A stretch of DNA of 64,000 nucleotides from Dehalococcoidia bacterium (lineage in GTDB: Bacteria > Chloroflexota > Dehalococcoidia > Lucifugimonadales > HRBIN23): contig JANXCH010000011.1 of the NCBI GenBank assembly GCA_025060295.1, positions 6,816 to 70,815 of the forward strand. The letters run 5' to 3'. Positions 45,443 to 55,345 of this stretch are shown here, piece by piece. A program made the translations under genes and the position numbers. The notes under the pieces are model-generated. The model saw nothing but the letters and a program-made list of their open reading frames with translations, was not told the origin of the DNA and did not search any database. How positions within the stretch are numbered: the stretch's first letter is position 1; each line of letters opens with the position of its first letter.

Positions 45443-46831
45443 TCAGGGGCGACCCTCCTGCCCTTGCATCCCCCCCTCCTGGACATCCACCCGTCGGATG
45501 GGGCGGGCTGGCATCCCCGCCGCCAGCACCCCCGCCGGGATATCCTTGGTCACCACCGAGCCTGCCCCCGTGGCCGCCCCATCCCCCACCGACACGGGAG
45601 CCACCAATAGCGTATCGGAGCCGATGAACGCCCGTGCCCCGATGTGAGTAGGGTGTTTGCGGACACCGTCAAAGTTGCAGGTAATGGTGCCGGCGCCGAT
45701 GTTGGTTTCGGGACCGATGGTGGCGTCGCCCAGGTAACTGAAGTGCCCACTCTTCACCCCCTGCCCCAGACGGCTGTTCTTCACCTCCACGAAGTTGCCG
45801 ATATGTACCCCCTTCTCCAGGTAAGTGCCTGGGCGCAGGTGGCTGAAGGGCCCCACATCCGCCCCCTCCTCCAAAGTCGCCCCCTCCAGGAAAGACGCCA
45901 CCACCACACACCCATCCCCCACCACCGTGTCGCGCAACACCGCATAGGGGCCGATGCGACACCCCCGTCCGATGCGCGTTGCCCCCTGCAGGTGGGTGCC
46001 GGGGTAAATCACCGTGTCCTGGCCTATCTCCACCGTAACATCCAAGTAGGTGGTGGCCGGGTCCACGATGCTCACCCCCGCCTGCATCCACCGCCGGCAG
46101 AGCCGATAACGCAGAATGCTTTCCGCCTGGGCCAAAGCCTCCCGGTCGTTGACGCCCAGAATCTCCTGCGGCTCATCGGTGCGCACCGCCTCCACCCGCA
46201 AGCCCTGGGCGCTGGCCACCTCCACCATGTCCGTCAGGTACAATTCACCCCCCAAGTGGGGGCGCAAATGCTCCAGCAAGGGCAGCATCAAAGCCGTTGT
46301 CAGGGCATAAACACCCCCATTCACCTCCCGAATCCGCCGTTGGGCTGGGGAGGCCTCCTTCTCCTCCACGATGCGCACCACCTGCCGACTGCGAGGGGCG
46401 CGGACGACGCGCCCCAACCCCCCCACAGGAGGTGGACTGGCGGTGAGGAGGGTGAGGGCGGCGTGTGTGGCCAGGTGGTGGGCCATCATCCGTTGCAGGG
46501 TCTCGGGGCGCACCAAAGGTGTATCCCCATACAGGACGAGCAGGAAGGGGAAGCGCCCTTCGACCACAGGACGGGCGCAGGCAAGGGCGTGGCCTGTGCC
46601 CCGCGGCTCCCCCTGCACCACCCACTCCACCCCCTCTCCCATCGCCTGGGCGATGGCCTCATACTGGGGGGGCACTACCCCCACCATGGAGTTGATGCCC
46701 GCCCCCCGCACAGCCGCCACCACATGGGCCAGCATAGGCCTCCCACACAAGAGATGGAGCACTTTGGGTATGGACGAGCGCATGCGCTTGCCTTGTCCAG
46801 CGGCCAAGATGACGGCTCCCCACTGGGACAT
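45443..46831 (-). CDS. glmU: Bifunctional UDP-N-acetylglucosamine pyrophosphorylase / glucosamine-1-phosphate N-acetyltransferase
   Basis: It carries AVILAAGQGKRMRSSIPKVLH at the N-terminus. The C-terminal left-handed beta-helix has hexapeptide repeats (GDGCVV.., IGNFVEVKNS.., IGAGTITCNFDG). Confidence 0.9.
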   Translation of the reverse strand: MSQWGAVILAAGQGKRMRSSIPKVLHLLCGRPMLAHVVAAVRGAGINSMVGVVPPQYEAIAQAMGEGVEWVVQGEPRGTGHALACARPVVEGRFPFLLVLYGDTPLVRPETLQRMMAHHLATHAALTLLTASPPPVGGLGRVVRAPRSRQVVRIVEEKEASPAQRRIREVNGGVYALTTALMLPLLEHLRPHLGGELYLTDMVEVASAQGLRVEAVRTDEPQEILGVNDREALAQAESILRYRLCRRWMQAGVSIVDPATTYLDVTVEIGQDTVIYPGTHLQGATRIGRGCRIGPYAVLRDTVVGDGCVVVASFLEGATLEEGADVGPFSHLRPGTYLEKGVHIGNFVEVKNSRLGQGVKSGHFSYLGDATIGPETNIGAGTITCNFDGVRKHPTHIGARAFIGSDTLLVAPVSVGDGAATGAGSVVTKDIPAGVLAAGMPARPIRRVDVQEGGMQGQEGRP

Positions 46832-46922
46832 GGGGCACCTCCCGCGGGCGTGCCACGCCTCGCTTCTCCCTTCATTCTAGCCCACGAGGATAGGGCAGGC
46901 CTTTTTCGGGATACGGTGCGTA

Positions 46923-46951
46923 TTGACGCGCTGTATCCAGGCCTTTACACT
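46923..46951 (+). promoter_or_regulatory. Putative sigma70-type promoter for the 46979 gene
   Basis: TTGACG (46923-46928), a 17-nt spacer, then TACACT (46946-46951). It lies 27 nt upstream of GTG 46979. Confidence 0.35.
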
Positions 46952-46978
46952 ACCCTGTAGCGTTCCGACGAGGCAGAC

Positions 46979-47614
46979 GTGTCCCTTTCGGTGCATACCC
47001 TCTTCCTCCGCTCAGGGCGCAAGGAGGAGCGCTCGCCCTACGGTGTGGTGTTCCCGGGGCGGGGGGCGTGGAAGGGAATGTCCTTCTTCGGGGTGTGCGA
47101 AGCCACTGCGGGGGCCCAGGAGGCCCTCTGCGCCTGGGCGTTAGAGGAAATCCAACGCCACCTGGCGCGGAGCCGCTCCTCCCTCACCAAGGGCTTGGAG
47201 CAGGCCGTACAAGCCTGCCACCTCTCCCTTGCCCAGGCCCAGGAGGCCCACCCCCCCAACGCCCAAACCGGATTGGGAATCGTGGTGGGCGCACTACGGG
47301 GGGACGAGGTAACCCTGGCGTGGGCAGGGCCGGGGCTAGTCTGCCTGAAGGAGGGCCAAACCCTCCACCTCCTCCCCCAGACCGCAGCCAGCCCCATCGG
47401 CCAAGGCAAAACGCCCCTGGCCGTTTCCCTCCGCCGCTTCACCTTCCCCCCAGCCCAAGCCCTCCTCGTCTGCCAGAGCCATTTGCGTCGCCTCACCACC
47501 TTACAGGGCCTGGAGGTGGTGCTCTCCGCCACCCCCCAACAATCCCTAGATCGCCTCCACGCCCTCCTGCGCGACGACCCCGCCTTCGCCGCTGTCCTGG
47601 TGAGCGGCCCCTAG
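46979..47614 (+). CDS. Hypothetical protein, possibly a degenerate PP2C-fold domain
   Basis: FFGVCEATAG, LAWAGPGLVCL and DDPAFAAVLV sit where PP2C phosphatases have GVxDGxGG, NxGDSRxYL and DDxTxxxV. The metal-binding Asp residues appear to be replaced. This rests on memory only. Confidence 0.3.
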   Translation: MSLSVHTLFLRSGRKEERSPYGVVFPGRGAWKGMSFFGVCEATAGAQEALCAWALEEIQRHLARSRSSLTKGLEQAVQACHLSLAQAQEAHPPNAQTGLGIVVGALRGDEVTLAWAGPGLVCLKEGQTLHLLPQTAASPIGQGKTPLAVSLRRFTFPPAQALLVCQSHLRRLTTLQGLEVVLSATPQQSLDRLHALLRDDPAFAAVLVSGP

Positions 47615-48384
47615 CCCACTAGGGAATAGCCCCCATCCACCACCAGCACCTGCCCCCGCACCATCTCCGCCGCCGGCGAGCACAGGAACAGCACCACCCC
47701 CGCAATATCCTCGGGCGTGAGCATGCGCCCCGCCGGGGTGCGCTCCAAGGCCCATCGGCGCATGGCCTCCCGATGGGGGAAGTGCTCCAACGCCTCCGTC
47801 TCCACCAATCCCCCAGCCACGGCGTTGACGCGTATCCCCCGCGGGGCCAGTTCCACCGCAAGGTAGCGGGTGATGGCCTCCAACGCCGCCTTGGACACCC
47901 CCACGCTGAAGTAGTGGGGCAAAACCCGTTGCGACCCCAGGCTGGTGATGTTCACCACACACGCCCCCGGGGGCATAAGGGGCAGGGCCTCCTTCACCAA
48001 CAGCCACGGCGCGCGGGCATTCACCCCCAAAACCCACTCCCAATGCTTCTCCTCCAGGTCCATCGCTGGGCGATTGACCCCCGTGGCGGCGTTATTCACC
48101 AAGATGTCCAACCGCCCGAAGCGCTCCCGCACGGCCTGCACCAGGGCCTTGACCTGTTGGGGGTCGCCCAGGTGGGCACGCACCCGCAGGCACGGGATAC
48201 CCCGCTCGGTCAGCAACCCCTCGGTCTGGCGGGCCGCCTCGTGCCCGCGGAAGTAGTTGAACACCACCTGTGCACCCTGCCCCCCGAGGGCCAGGGCGAT
48301 GGCCCGCCCAATCCCCCGCGACCCACCCGTAACCAGGGCCACCTTGCCCTGCAGAAACCCCGTGCCCACACCCGCCCCACTCAC
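47611..48384 (-). CDS. SDR-family oxidoreductase (FabG/FabL-like)
   Basis: It carries GKVALVTGGSRGIGRAIALAL, the NNAA motif and YSVGVSKAALE (YxxxK). GTG 48384 overlaps the fabG stop (GTGA); GTG 48369 is an alternative. Confidence 0.8.
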   Translation of the reverse strand: MSGAGVGTGFLQGKVALVTGGSRGIGRAIALALGGQGAQVVFNYFRGHEAARQTEGLLTERGIPCLRVRAHLGDPQQVKALVQAVRERFGRLDILVNNAATGVNRPAMDLEEKHWEWVLGVNARAPWLLVKEALPLMPPGACVVNITSLGSQRVLPHYFSVGVSKAALEAITRYLAVELAPRGIRVNAVAGGLVETEALEHFPHREAMRRWALERTPAGRMLTPEDIAGVVLFLCSPAAEMVRGQVLVVDGGYSLVG

Positions 48385-49133
48385 GAGATGACCAGGCCTC
48401 CGTCCACGGCGATGACCTGGCCCGTGATGTAGGAGGCCTCCTCGGTGCACAGGAAGCCCGCCAGCGCCGCCACCTCCTCTGCCCGCCCGAAGCGCCCCAC
48501 GGGAATTCTCTGCAGAATGCGCTCCTTCAGATCCGCCGAAAGGCCTTCCACGATATCCGTGGTAATATAGCCAGGGGCGATGTAGTTCACCGTAATGCCT
48601 CGCGAGGCCACCTCTTTGGCCACCGATAGGGTAAGGCCGATAAGGCCCGCTTTAGCGGCGGCGTAGTTCGCCTGGCCAGGGTTGCCACGGATGCCCACCA
48701 CCGAGCCGATATTCAGGATGCGCCCCCACCGCTTGCGGAGCATCCCCTTCAGCGCCAAACGGGTGCACAGATACGCCCCCCGCAAATCCACCGCTAGCAC
48801 CCGGTCCCACGCCTCCTCATCCATCCGCACCAGCAGGCTGTCGTGGATAATGCCCGCATTGTTGACCAGAATGTCCACCCCGCCCCAGGTGCTGGTTACT
48901 TTCTGGAAACAGGCCTCCACATCGGCGGTGGAGGCCACATCCCCCTGGAGGCACATCCCCTCGCTCCCCACACGGGCGATGGCGTCCACCGTCTCCTGCG
49001 CCGCCTGGGTATGGGAGAGGTAGGTGATAGCCACCTTAGCCCCCATGTGAGCCAGGCGCAGGGCGATAGCGCGCCCAATCCCCCGCGACCCCCCTGTAAC
49101 CAAAGCCACCTTGCCGTCCAGCACACGCTCCAT
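48381..49133 (-). CDS. fabG: 3-oxoacyl-[acyl-carrier-protein] reductase FabG
   Basis: It carries GKVALVTGGSRGIGRAIALRLA, NNAGI, NYAAAKAGLIGLTLSVAKE and GYITTD. It lies immediately downstream of plsX. Confidence 0.85.
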   Translation of the reverse strand: MERVLDGKVALVTGGSRGIGRAIALRLAHMGAKVAITYLSHTQAAQETVDAIARVGSEGMCLQGDVASTADVEACFQKVTSTWGGVDILVNNAGIIHDSLLVRMDEEAWDRVLAVDLRGAYLCTRLALKGMLRKRWGRILNIGSVVGIRGNPGQANYAAAKAGLIGLTLSVAKEVASRGITVNYIAPGYITTDIVEGLSADLKERILQRIPVGRFGRAEEVAALAGFLCTEEASYITGQVIAVDGGLVIS

Positions 49134-49137
49134 CGGG

Positions 49138-50136
49138 CTACCTCGGGCGGACAGCGGAGGCGAGGCGGGCCAACTCCTGCTCCATCCCCTCCACCAGGCC
49201 CACCTCCACCGCCCGCTTGGCCGTGTGGATGGCGCGGGCGATGGCAGGGGCGCGGGAGCGCCCGTGCCCTACCACCGCCACCCCCCGCACCCCGAACAGC
49301 GGCCCTCCCCCGTGGTGCTCCACCACATTCAGCAAGGCGTACACCTCTTGGGCGAGGGCCTCCTGCTGGGGCAGGCGCTGGCGCAGCCAGCCCGCGATGG
49401 CCTCCCCCAGCCCCTCCGCCAGTTTCATCACGATGTTCCCCACAAACCCGTCGCACACCACCACCTCCGCTTTGCCGAGAGGCAGGTCGTGCCCCTCAAT
49501 ATTGCCGATGAAGGGCAGACCGCTGGCCTTGAACAGGTCGTAGGCCTCCTTCACCTGGCGGTTGCCCTTCCCCTCCTCTGCCCCCACGCTCAGCAGAGCG
49601 ATGCGGGGATTCTCCACCCCCATGAAGCGCCGGGCGAAGGCAACCCCCAAGCCCCCAAAGGTTACCAACATCTGGGGGCGGCAGTCCACATGGCTCCCCA
49701 GGTCGAGGATAAGGGTGCGGGGAGCAAAGCCCAGGATAGGCCCCCCCAAGGCGGGGCGCTCCACCCCCTCCAGCAGGCCCAGGGCCAAAGTCGCTGCCGC
49801 CATCGCCGCCCCCGTTGACCCCATGCTCACAAACCCCTGGGCTATCCCCTGCTTCACCAAGCCGGCACACACGGCCACCGACGCCCGCGGCTTCTGGCGC
49901 AAGGCCTGGGCAGGGGGCTCCCCCTCCTGAATGACCCCCTGGGCAGGCACCACCTGCAGGGGCAACCCCCCCACATTCCGTCGGGCCAGTTCCGCCTCCA
50001 GAACAGACGCCTCCCCCACCAGGAGCACCGCCACCCCTCCCTGCCGCACCGCCTCCACCGCCCCCGCCACCGTCTCCGGGGGGCCGTAATCACCTCCCAT
50101 AGCGTCCAAGGCGATGGGCACAAGGGAACGGGTCAT
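49138..50136 (-). CDS. plsX: Phosphate acyltransferase PlsX
   Basis: It carries IALDAMGGDYGP at the N-terminus and CDGFVGNIVMK. ATG 50136 overlaps the upstream TAA by 1 nt. Confidence 0.9.
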   Translation of the reverse strand: MTRSLVPIALDAMGGDYGPPETVAGAVEAVRQGGVAVLLVGEASVLEAELARRNVGGLPLQVVPAQGVIQEGEPPAQALRQKPRASVAVCAGLVKQGIAQGFVSMGSTGAAMAAATLALGLLEGVERPALGGPILGFAPRTLILDLGSHVDCRPQMLVTFGGLGVAFARRFMGVENPRIALLSVGAEEGKGNRQVKEAYDLFKASGLPFIGNIEGHDLPLGKAEVVVCDGFVGNIVMKLAEGLGEAIAGWLRQRLPQQEALAQEVYALLNVVEHHGGGPLFGVRGVAVVGHGRSRAPAIARAIHTAKRAVEVGLVEGMEQELARLASAVRPR

Positions 50137-50993
50137 TATCCACTCCTTTGCTCGGGGCTTGGGGGGCGCTGACCCCGATAGTCCTGGAAGGGAGCGTCCC
50201 GCCACTCCAAGGCCGCCTTCAGGCCCTTCTCCTGCGCCAGGCGATGGAACTCCCGCACAATGGGGGCCTGGTGGCCGATGGCGTCCGTCTCCGCCGCCAG
50301 GTATTGCAACAGGGTCCGCCCCATCAGCTCCAGCGCACGGTTACAGATGGCCTTATTAGCCGCCAGCAGTTCCCACGGGATTTTGGCTATCGTCGACGCC
50401 AACGCGTTCACCTCCTCCTCCAGGCGGTGGGCGGGCACCGCCTTCCACACCAAACCGATGCGCTCGGCCGTCTTGCCGTCAATGGGGTTGCCCGTCAGAA
50501 GCAGATACTTGGCCCACTGGGGACCAACCAGGTATGTCCACATATGGGTGGGGGGCGACCCCATGGAGCGCACCGGGGGAAAGCCGAAGATGGCGTCCTC
50601 CGCTGCGATGATTATGTCGCAGTGCAAAGCCAGATCCGTGCCCCCCGCCAGGCAATACCCGTGCACCTGGGCGATGACGGGCTTGGACAGTTCCCAAATT
50701 TGCCGCCACCGCTCCACGATGCGGTGCATGCGCTGAATGTCGGTGCGGATGTTGGCGTAGGGGTCCTCCGCCCGCTCGGGAGAGGCGGGGGCAATATCAT
50801 ACCCCGCCGAGAAGGCCCGCCCGTTGGCCTTCAGCACCACCACACGCACCTCCGGGTCGTCCTCCGCCTTCTGCATGGCGTCCACCAGTTCCTCCTGCAG
50901 GCGCAGGCTCAAGGCGTTCAGTTTCTCCGGGCGGTTGAGGGTAACATAGGCGATGGCCCCCCGCTTCTCATACAGGATGAACTGGTAAGCCAT
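50136..50993 (-). CDS. Enoyl-CoA hydratase/isomerase (crotonase) family protein
   Basis: It carries AYVTLNRPEKLNALS, LKANGRAFSAGYDI and the oxyanion-hole region VHGYCLAGGTDLAL. ATG 50993 follows GGAGG at 5-nt spacing. Confidence 0.85.
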   Translation of the reverse strand: MAYQFILYEKRGAIAYVTLNRPEKLNALSLRLQEELVDAMQKAEDDPEVRVVVLKANGRAFSAGYDIAPASPERAEDPYANIRTDIQRMHRIVERWRQIWELSKPVIAQVHGYCLAGGTDLALHCDIIIAAEDAIFGFPPVRSMGSPPTHMWTYLVGPQWAKYLLLTGNPIDGKTAERIGLVWKAVPAHRLEEEVNALASTIAKIPWELLAANKAICNRALELMGRTLLQYLAAETDAIGHQAPIVREFHRLAQEKGLKAALEWRDAPFQDYRGQRPPSPEQRSG

Positions 50994-51140
50994 AGGCACC
51001 TCCATTCCCCCTTCTGGGGAGCAACTCGCCTCCTGGACACCATCCCTGGTTACCTTGCCGTTGCCACTAGTATAGGGTGTCCCCGCCCCCCAGGGCAAAG
51101 CCCCCTATAATGCAGAAAAAACACCCCAAGGGGGGCCCCC

Positions 51141-52559
51141 ATGCACACCCCGGACTTGGCCTACACCCCGGCGTGGCGCCTGCGGGAGATGATTCTGGCC
51201 CGTCAAATCTCCCCGGTGGAGGTAACCCGCTTCTTCCTGCAAAGGATAGAGCGCCTCAACCCCCGCCTGAACGCCTACCTGACAGTAACCGCCCAGGAGG
51301 CCCTGGCCCAGGCCCGCCAGGCCGAGGAGAAGGTCATGCGGGGAGAGGCCCTGGGCCTCTTGCACGGCCTGCCCGTCTCGGTCAAAGACCTGATACCCAC
51401 CCAGGGCATCCGCACCACCTTCGGCTCCCTGGCCTTTCAGACCTACATCCCGACGCAGGACGCCGTGGTGGTGGAGCGGGTGAAGCGGGCGGGGGGCATT
51501 ATCCTGGGCAAGACCAACACCTCCGAGTTGGGGCTGGGGGCCGAGACCATCAACCGCCTGGGAGGGCCGTGTGGCAACCCCTGGGACCCCTCCCGCACGG
51601 CGGGGGGCTCCAGCGGGGGAGCAGCGTCAGCCGTGGCTGCGGGGCTTGGCCCCCTGGCCATCGGGAGCGATGGGGGAGGCTCCATCCGCATCCCCGCTGC
51701 CATGTGTGGCGTGTTCGGCTTCAAGCCCTCGCGGGGGCGCATCCCCCGCACCGGGGGCATCGGACGCCCCGTCTCCAACCTCTACTCCCACATCGGCCCC
51801 CTCACCTGGACAGTCAAGGACGCCGCCCTGCTGATGCAGGCCCTGTCCGGGTACGATGCGCGGGATGTGTATGCCCTACGGGGTGCAGTGCCTGACTTTC
51901 TGGGAGGCTTGGAAGGCGGGGTGCGGGGCCTGCGCATCGCTTGGAGTGCCACCTTGGGCTATGCTGCCGTTGACCCCGAAGTGGAGCAGGTCTGTCGGAG
52001 CGCCGCGCAGGTGTTCGGGGATCTGGGTGCAGTGGTGGACGAACCGCCCCTGCGCCTGGAGCATCCCTTCCCCTACTTCCTGCCCTTATACCACGCCATG
52101 TGGTTCGCCGCCTACGGCCACCTTCTGGCGGAGCAGGGCGCCCTGCTCGCCCCCGAGACCCGCACCCGCATCGCCCACGGCAGCCAGGTTACTATCCCCC
52201 AGTACCTTACCGCCCTGCGCCAGATGGAGCAGATGGCCCAACAGATGGACGACATCCTTGAGCGCTACGACCTCTTGTTGACGCCCACCGTGGCCGTCCC
52301 CGCCTTCCCCCACGGCCAGCGCCCCACCCGTATCGCAGGGCAGGAGGTTGACCCCATCTTCGGCTTCTACCCCTTCACCGCTTTGTGCAACATGACGGGG
52401 CAACCCGCCGCCAGTGTCCCCTGCGGGTTCTCGCGGGAGGGTCTGCCCATTGGCCTGCACATCATCGGCCGTCGGAACGAGGACACCCTGGTGCTTCGCG
52501 CCGCCTACGCCTTGGAGCAAGCCCGCCCCTGGCAGGGGAGGCGCCCCCCGTTGGCCTAG
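51141..52559 (+). CDS. Amidase-signature family amidohydrolase
   Basis: It carries the AS signature GGSSGGAASAVAAGLGPLAIGSDGGGSIRIPAAMCGVFGFKPSRGRIP and an upstream KD (VSVKDL), giving the Ser-cisSer-Lys triad context. Confidence 0.9.
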   Translation: MHTPDLAYTPAWRLREMILARQISPVEVTRFFLQRIERLNPRLNAYLTVTAQEALAQARQAEEKVMRGEALGLLHGLPVSVKDLIPTQGIRTTFGSLAFQTYIPTQDAVVVERVKRAGGIILGKTNTSELGLGAETINRLGGPCGNPWDPSRTAGGSSGGAASAVAAGLGPLAIGSDGGGSIRIPAAMCGVFGFKPSRGRIPRTGGIGRPVSNLYSHIGPLTWTVKDAALLMQALSGYDARDVYALRGAVPDFLGGLEGGVRGLRIAWSATLGYAAVDPEVEQVCRSAAQVFGDLGAVVDEPPLRLEHPFPYFLPLYHAMWFAAYGHLLAEQGALLAPETRTRIAHGSQVTIPQYLTALRQMEQMAQQMDDILERYDLLLTPTVAVPAFPHGQRPTRIAGQEVDPIFGFYPFTALCNMTGQPAASVPCGFSREGLPIGLHIIGRRNEDTLVLRAAYALEQARPWQGRRPPLA

Positions 52560-52562
52560 GCC

Positions 52563-53912
52563 CTACTCGCCCCTATAGACCTCCTCCCCCATGCGGGACT
52601 CCTGGATGCGCAGGTACTCGGCCTTGCTCAGCCGAGGGCGGAACTGCGCCTTTATCTCTTTGGCCTTGATCGCCCCGTTGGCCAGCAGGTCTATGACCGT
52701 CAGGGCCATCGCCTTGGCGGGATTGACCACCGCCGCCTCATAGTCGTGCACCAGGTAATCGTTGCCGTGGCCAGTGCCGCGCGCGCCCCCCGCATAGGGG
52801 TGGATGACGGGCAGGAGGTGGCTCACATCCCCCAAGTCCGTTGACCCGCCCCGGTTGCGGTCGGGCGGGTGCACCACCACCCCCTCCTTCCCCACGACCC
52901 GCTGGGCGTTGGTCAAAAAGACCCCCTGCAGGATGGGGTCGTTGAGGAGGGGCAAGTAGCCGGCGATGGAGGTAATGCGCACCGTGGCCCCTACAGCCAG
53001 CGCACCCGCCTTGAAACAGCGTTGGGCTTTGGTGTTGGCGTCCTCCAGAGCGTCGTGGGTGCCCGCCCGCACCCGCCACTCCAGGCGCACCTCGGCGGGA
53101 ACAGAACTCACCGCCACGCCCCCTGCCGTCATAATCCCGTGGCAGCGCACATGGTCTTCGTCTTTGAGGGTCTCCCGCTGGGCGTGCAGGGCCAAAAGGG
53201 CAATGTCGGCAGCGTTGAGGGCGTTGATCCCGTTCCAGGGGTATGCCCCTGCGTGGGCTGCCCGCCCCAAAAAGGTTACCAACTTGACGATGTGCCCGTT
53301 GCTGGTGCCCCCTACGGCCAGTTTGCCGTCCTCCGGTGCCGAAGTGGTGTGCACCAGCATGGCCATATCCACATCGTCCAGTTCCCCCAGGCGGATAAAC
53401 TCCTGCTTGCCCCCCAGAAAGCCTATCTTCCCCTCCTGGCGCAGGCGATAGCGGAACTCGGCGTCAATGAACTCCTCGGCAGGGACGATCACCACAGCAA
53501 TGCGCCCCGCCAGCGCCGAGAGCACCTCCGGGTCGGAGAGGCCGATGAGCGCCCCCAGCACCATCCCCAGCTGGGCGTGGTGCCCGCAGGCGTGGGCCGC
53601 CCCCGTGTGAGGGTCCGCATACGGATGGTCCGGGACACGCAACGAGTCCAGTTCCCCCATCAACGCCACCGTCGGGCCTGGCCCCGCCCCACCCTGCAGG
53701 TACCCCTTTATGCCCGTTAGGGCGATGCCCGTGCGATGGGGGATGCCCAGACGGGAGAGGGCGTCCGAGACCTTGCGCGCCGTCTTCACCTCGGTATAGC
53801 CCGGCTCCGGCTCCCGGAGCACGCTTTGGGCCAAGCCGATGATGGCCTCTCGGTGGTGGTCAATGCGCCGTAGGATGCGGGCCTTCAGGTCGTCCACTGT
53901 CAGAGCGGGCAT
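52563..53912 (-). CDS. M20-family metallohydrolase (M20D/AbgB-like amidohydrolase), paralogue A
   Basis: It carries EPGYTEVKTA, MGELDSL and AHACGHHAQLG metal-ligand motifs, and GSTDLGDVSHLLPVIHPY. Confidence 0.75.
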   Translation of the reverse strand: MPALTVDDLKARILRRIDHHREAIIGLAQSVLREPEPGYTEVKTARKVSDALSRLGIPHRTGIALTGIKGYLQGGAGPGPTVALMGELDSLRVPDHPYADPHTGAAHACGHHAQLGMVLGALIGLSDPEVLSALAGRIAVVIVPAEEFIDAEFRYRLRQEGKIGFLGGKQEFIRLGELDDVDMAMLVHTTSAPEDGKLAVGGTSNGHIVKLVTFLGRAAHAGAYPWNGINALNAADIALLALHAQRETLKDEDHVRCHGIMTAGGVAVSSVPAEVRLEWRVRAGTHDALEDANTKAQRCFKAGALAVGATVRITSIAGYLPLLNDPILQGVFLTNAQRVVGKEGVVVHPPDRNRGGSTDLGDVSHLLPVIHPYAGGARGTGHGNDYLVHDYEAAVVNPAKAMALTVIDLLANGAIKAKEIKAQFRPRLSKAEYLRIQESRMGEEVYRGE

Positions 53913-53921
53913 GGCTTTGTC

Positions 53922-55250
53922 CTAGTTCTCGTAGGTCCGCTCTGAAAACAGGGAGCGCATGAACCGCAGGTATTCGGCCTTTGTCATGCGGGGCTTATGG
54001 CGGGCCTTGATCTCCCGCCCCTTGACAGCCCCATCCGCCAGCAGGTCGATGACCGTCCAACACATGGCCTTGGCGGCGGTGATGACGGCGTTGTGGTAGT
54101 CCTGCACCAGGTAATCGGCCCCGTGCCCGATGCCTGTGGCGCCCCCGGCGTAGGGGTGAATCACCGGCATCAGATGGCTCACATCCCCCATATCGGTGGA
54201 GCCGGTGCGGTGGCCCAGGTGACGGTAGTTCCCCTCCCCCACCAGGGCTACCGCATTGGCGCGGTAGACCTCCGCCAGGTGCGGGTCGGTAATGAGGGGC
54301 AGATAGCCGGGCATCGTGGTGATAGTAACCTTCCCGCCCACGGCCAGGGCACCCGCCCGCAAACAGCGGTCCACCTTAGCATTGGCGTCCAGCACCGCCT
54401 CCATCGTGCGGGCGCGCACGAAGGTCTCCATACGCACATCGGCGGGGACGGAACTCACCGCCACGCCCCCTTTGGTGATGATGGGGTGGATACGCACCGT
54501 ATCCTCGTCCTTGAAGGTCTCCCGGTTGGCGTGGATAGCCGCGAGGGCGATCATGGCAGCATTGAGGGCGTTGATGCCCATATGGGGTGCCCCGCCGGCG
54601 TGGGCAGCGCGCCCGTGGAACTGGATGAACTTGGCCACGATGCCGTTGTTGGTCCCGCTCATGCTCAACCGCCCCTCCTCGGGGCTCGAGGTGGTATGGG
54701 TCATCATGGCCATATCCACATCGTCCAGCTCCCCTAGACGGATGAACTCGGGCTTGCCCCCCAGAAACTCCACCTTCCCTTGCTTGCGCAACTCGTTGCG
54801 CCACTCAATCTCAATGTACTCCTCGGCGGGGACGGCGATAAAGGCCACCCGTCCCGCCAGGGCTGGGAGTACCCCCGGGGCCAGAAGCCCCACCGCCACC
54901 CCCATCAGCATCCCCAGTTGGGCGTGGTGCCCACAGGCGTGGGCGGCACCCGTTTGGGGATCAGCCTTGGGGTGCTGGGGCACGATAAGGGAGTCCAGTT
55001 CCCCCATCACGGCCACCGTCGGCCCGGGGGAACCCCCTGTTACCACCGCCTTCAGTCCGGTCAGGGCGATGCCCGTCTTGGGCGCCAGGCCCACGGAGCG
55101 CATGAAGGCCTCCACCTGGCGGGCAGTGCGATGCTCCTTAAAGCCAGGCTCCGGGTGGTCGCCGATGTCCTGGGCGAGGGTGATGAGGCGGTCGGCGGCG
55201 CCGTCAATGGCCTCGGCGGCGATGCGCTTCAGGTCGTCGCGGCTCGGCAT
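53922..55250 (-). CDS. M20-family metallohydrolase (M20D/AbgB-like amidohydrolase), paralogue B
   Basis: It is collinear with paralogue A (EPGFKEHRTA, MGELDSL, AHACGHHAQLG, GSTDMGDVSHLMPVIHPY). The start was trimmed to ATG 55250 by alignment with paralogue A. Confidence 0.75.
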   Translation of the reverse strand: MPSRDDLKRIAAEAIDGAADRLITLAQDIGDHPEPGFKEHRTARQVEAFMRSVGLAPKTGIALTGLKAVVTGGSPGPTVAVMGELDSLIVPQHPKADPQTGAAHACGHHAQLGMLMGVAVGLLAPGVLPALAGRVAFIAVPAEEYIEIEWRNELRKQGKVEFLGGKPEFIRLGELDDVDMAMMTHTTSSPEEGRLSMSGTNNGIVAKFIQFHGRAAHAGGAPHMGINALNAAMIALAAIHANRETFKDEDTVRIHPIITKGGVAVSSVPADVRMETFVRARTMEAVLDANAKVDRCLRAGALAVGGKVTITTMPGYLPLITDPHLAEVYRANAVALVGEGNYRHLGHRTGSTDMGDVSHLMPVIHPYAGGATGIGHGADYLVQDYHNAVITAAKAMCWTVIDLLADGAVKGREIKARHKPRMTKAEYLRFMRSLFSERTYEN

Positions 55251-55345
55251 ATAGGCCCTCCCCATATTCAGGGGGATTGTAGCAATCGGCGCACCCTGGG
55301 GCAAGGTGGCAGGGCGTTGCCCACCATCCCCTTAGGCGCCCCGCC

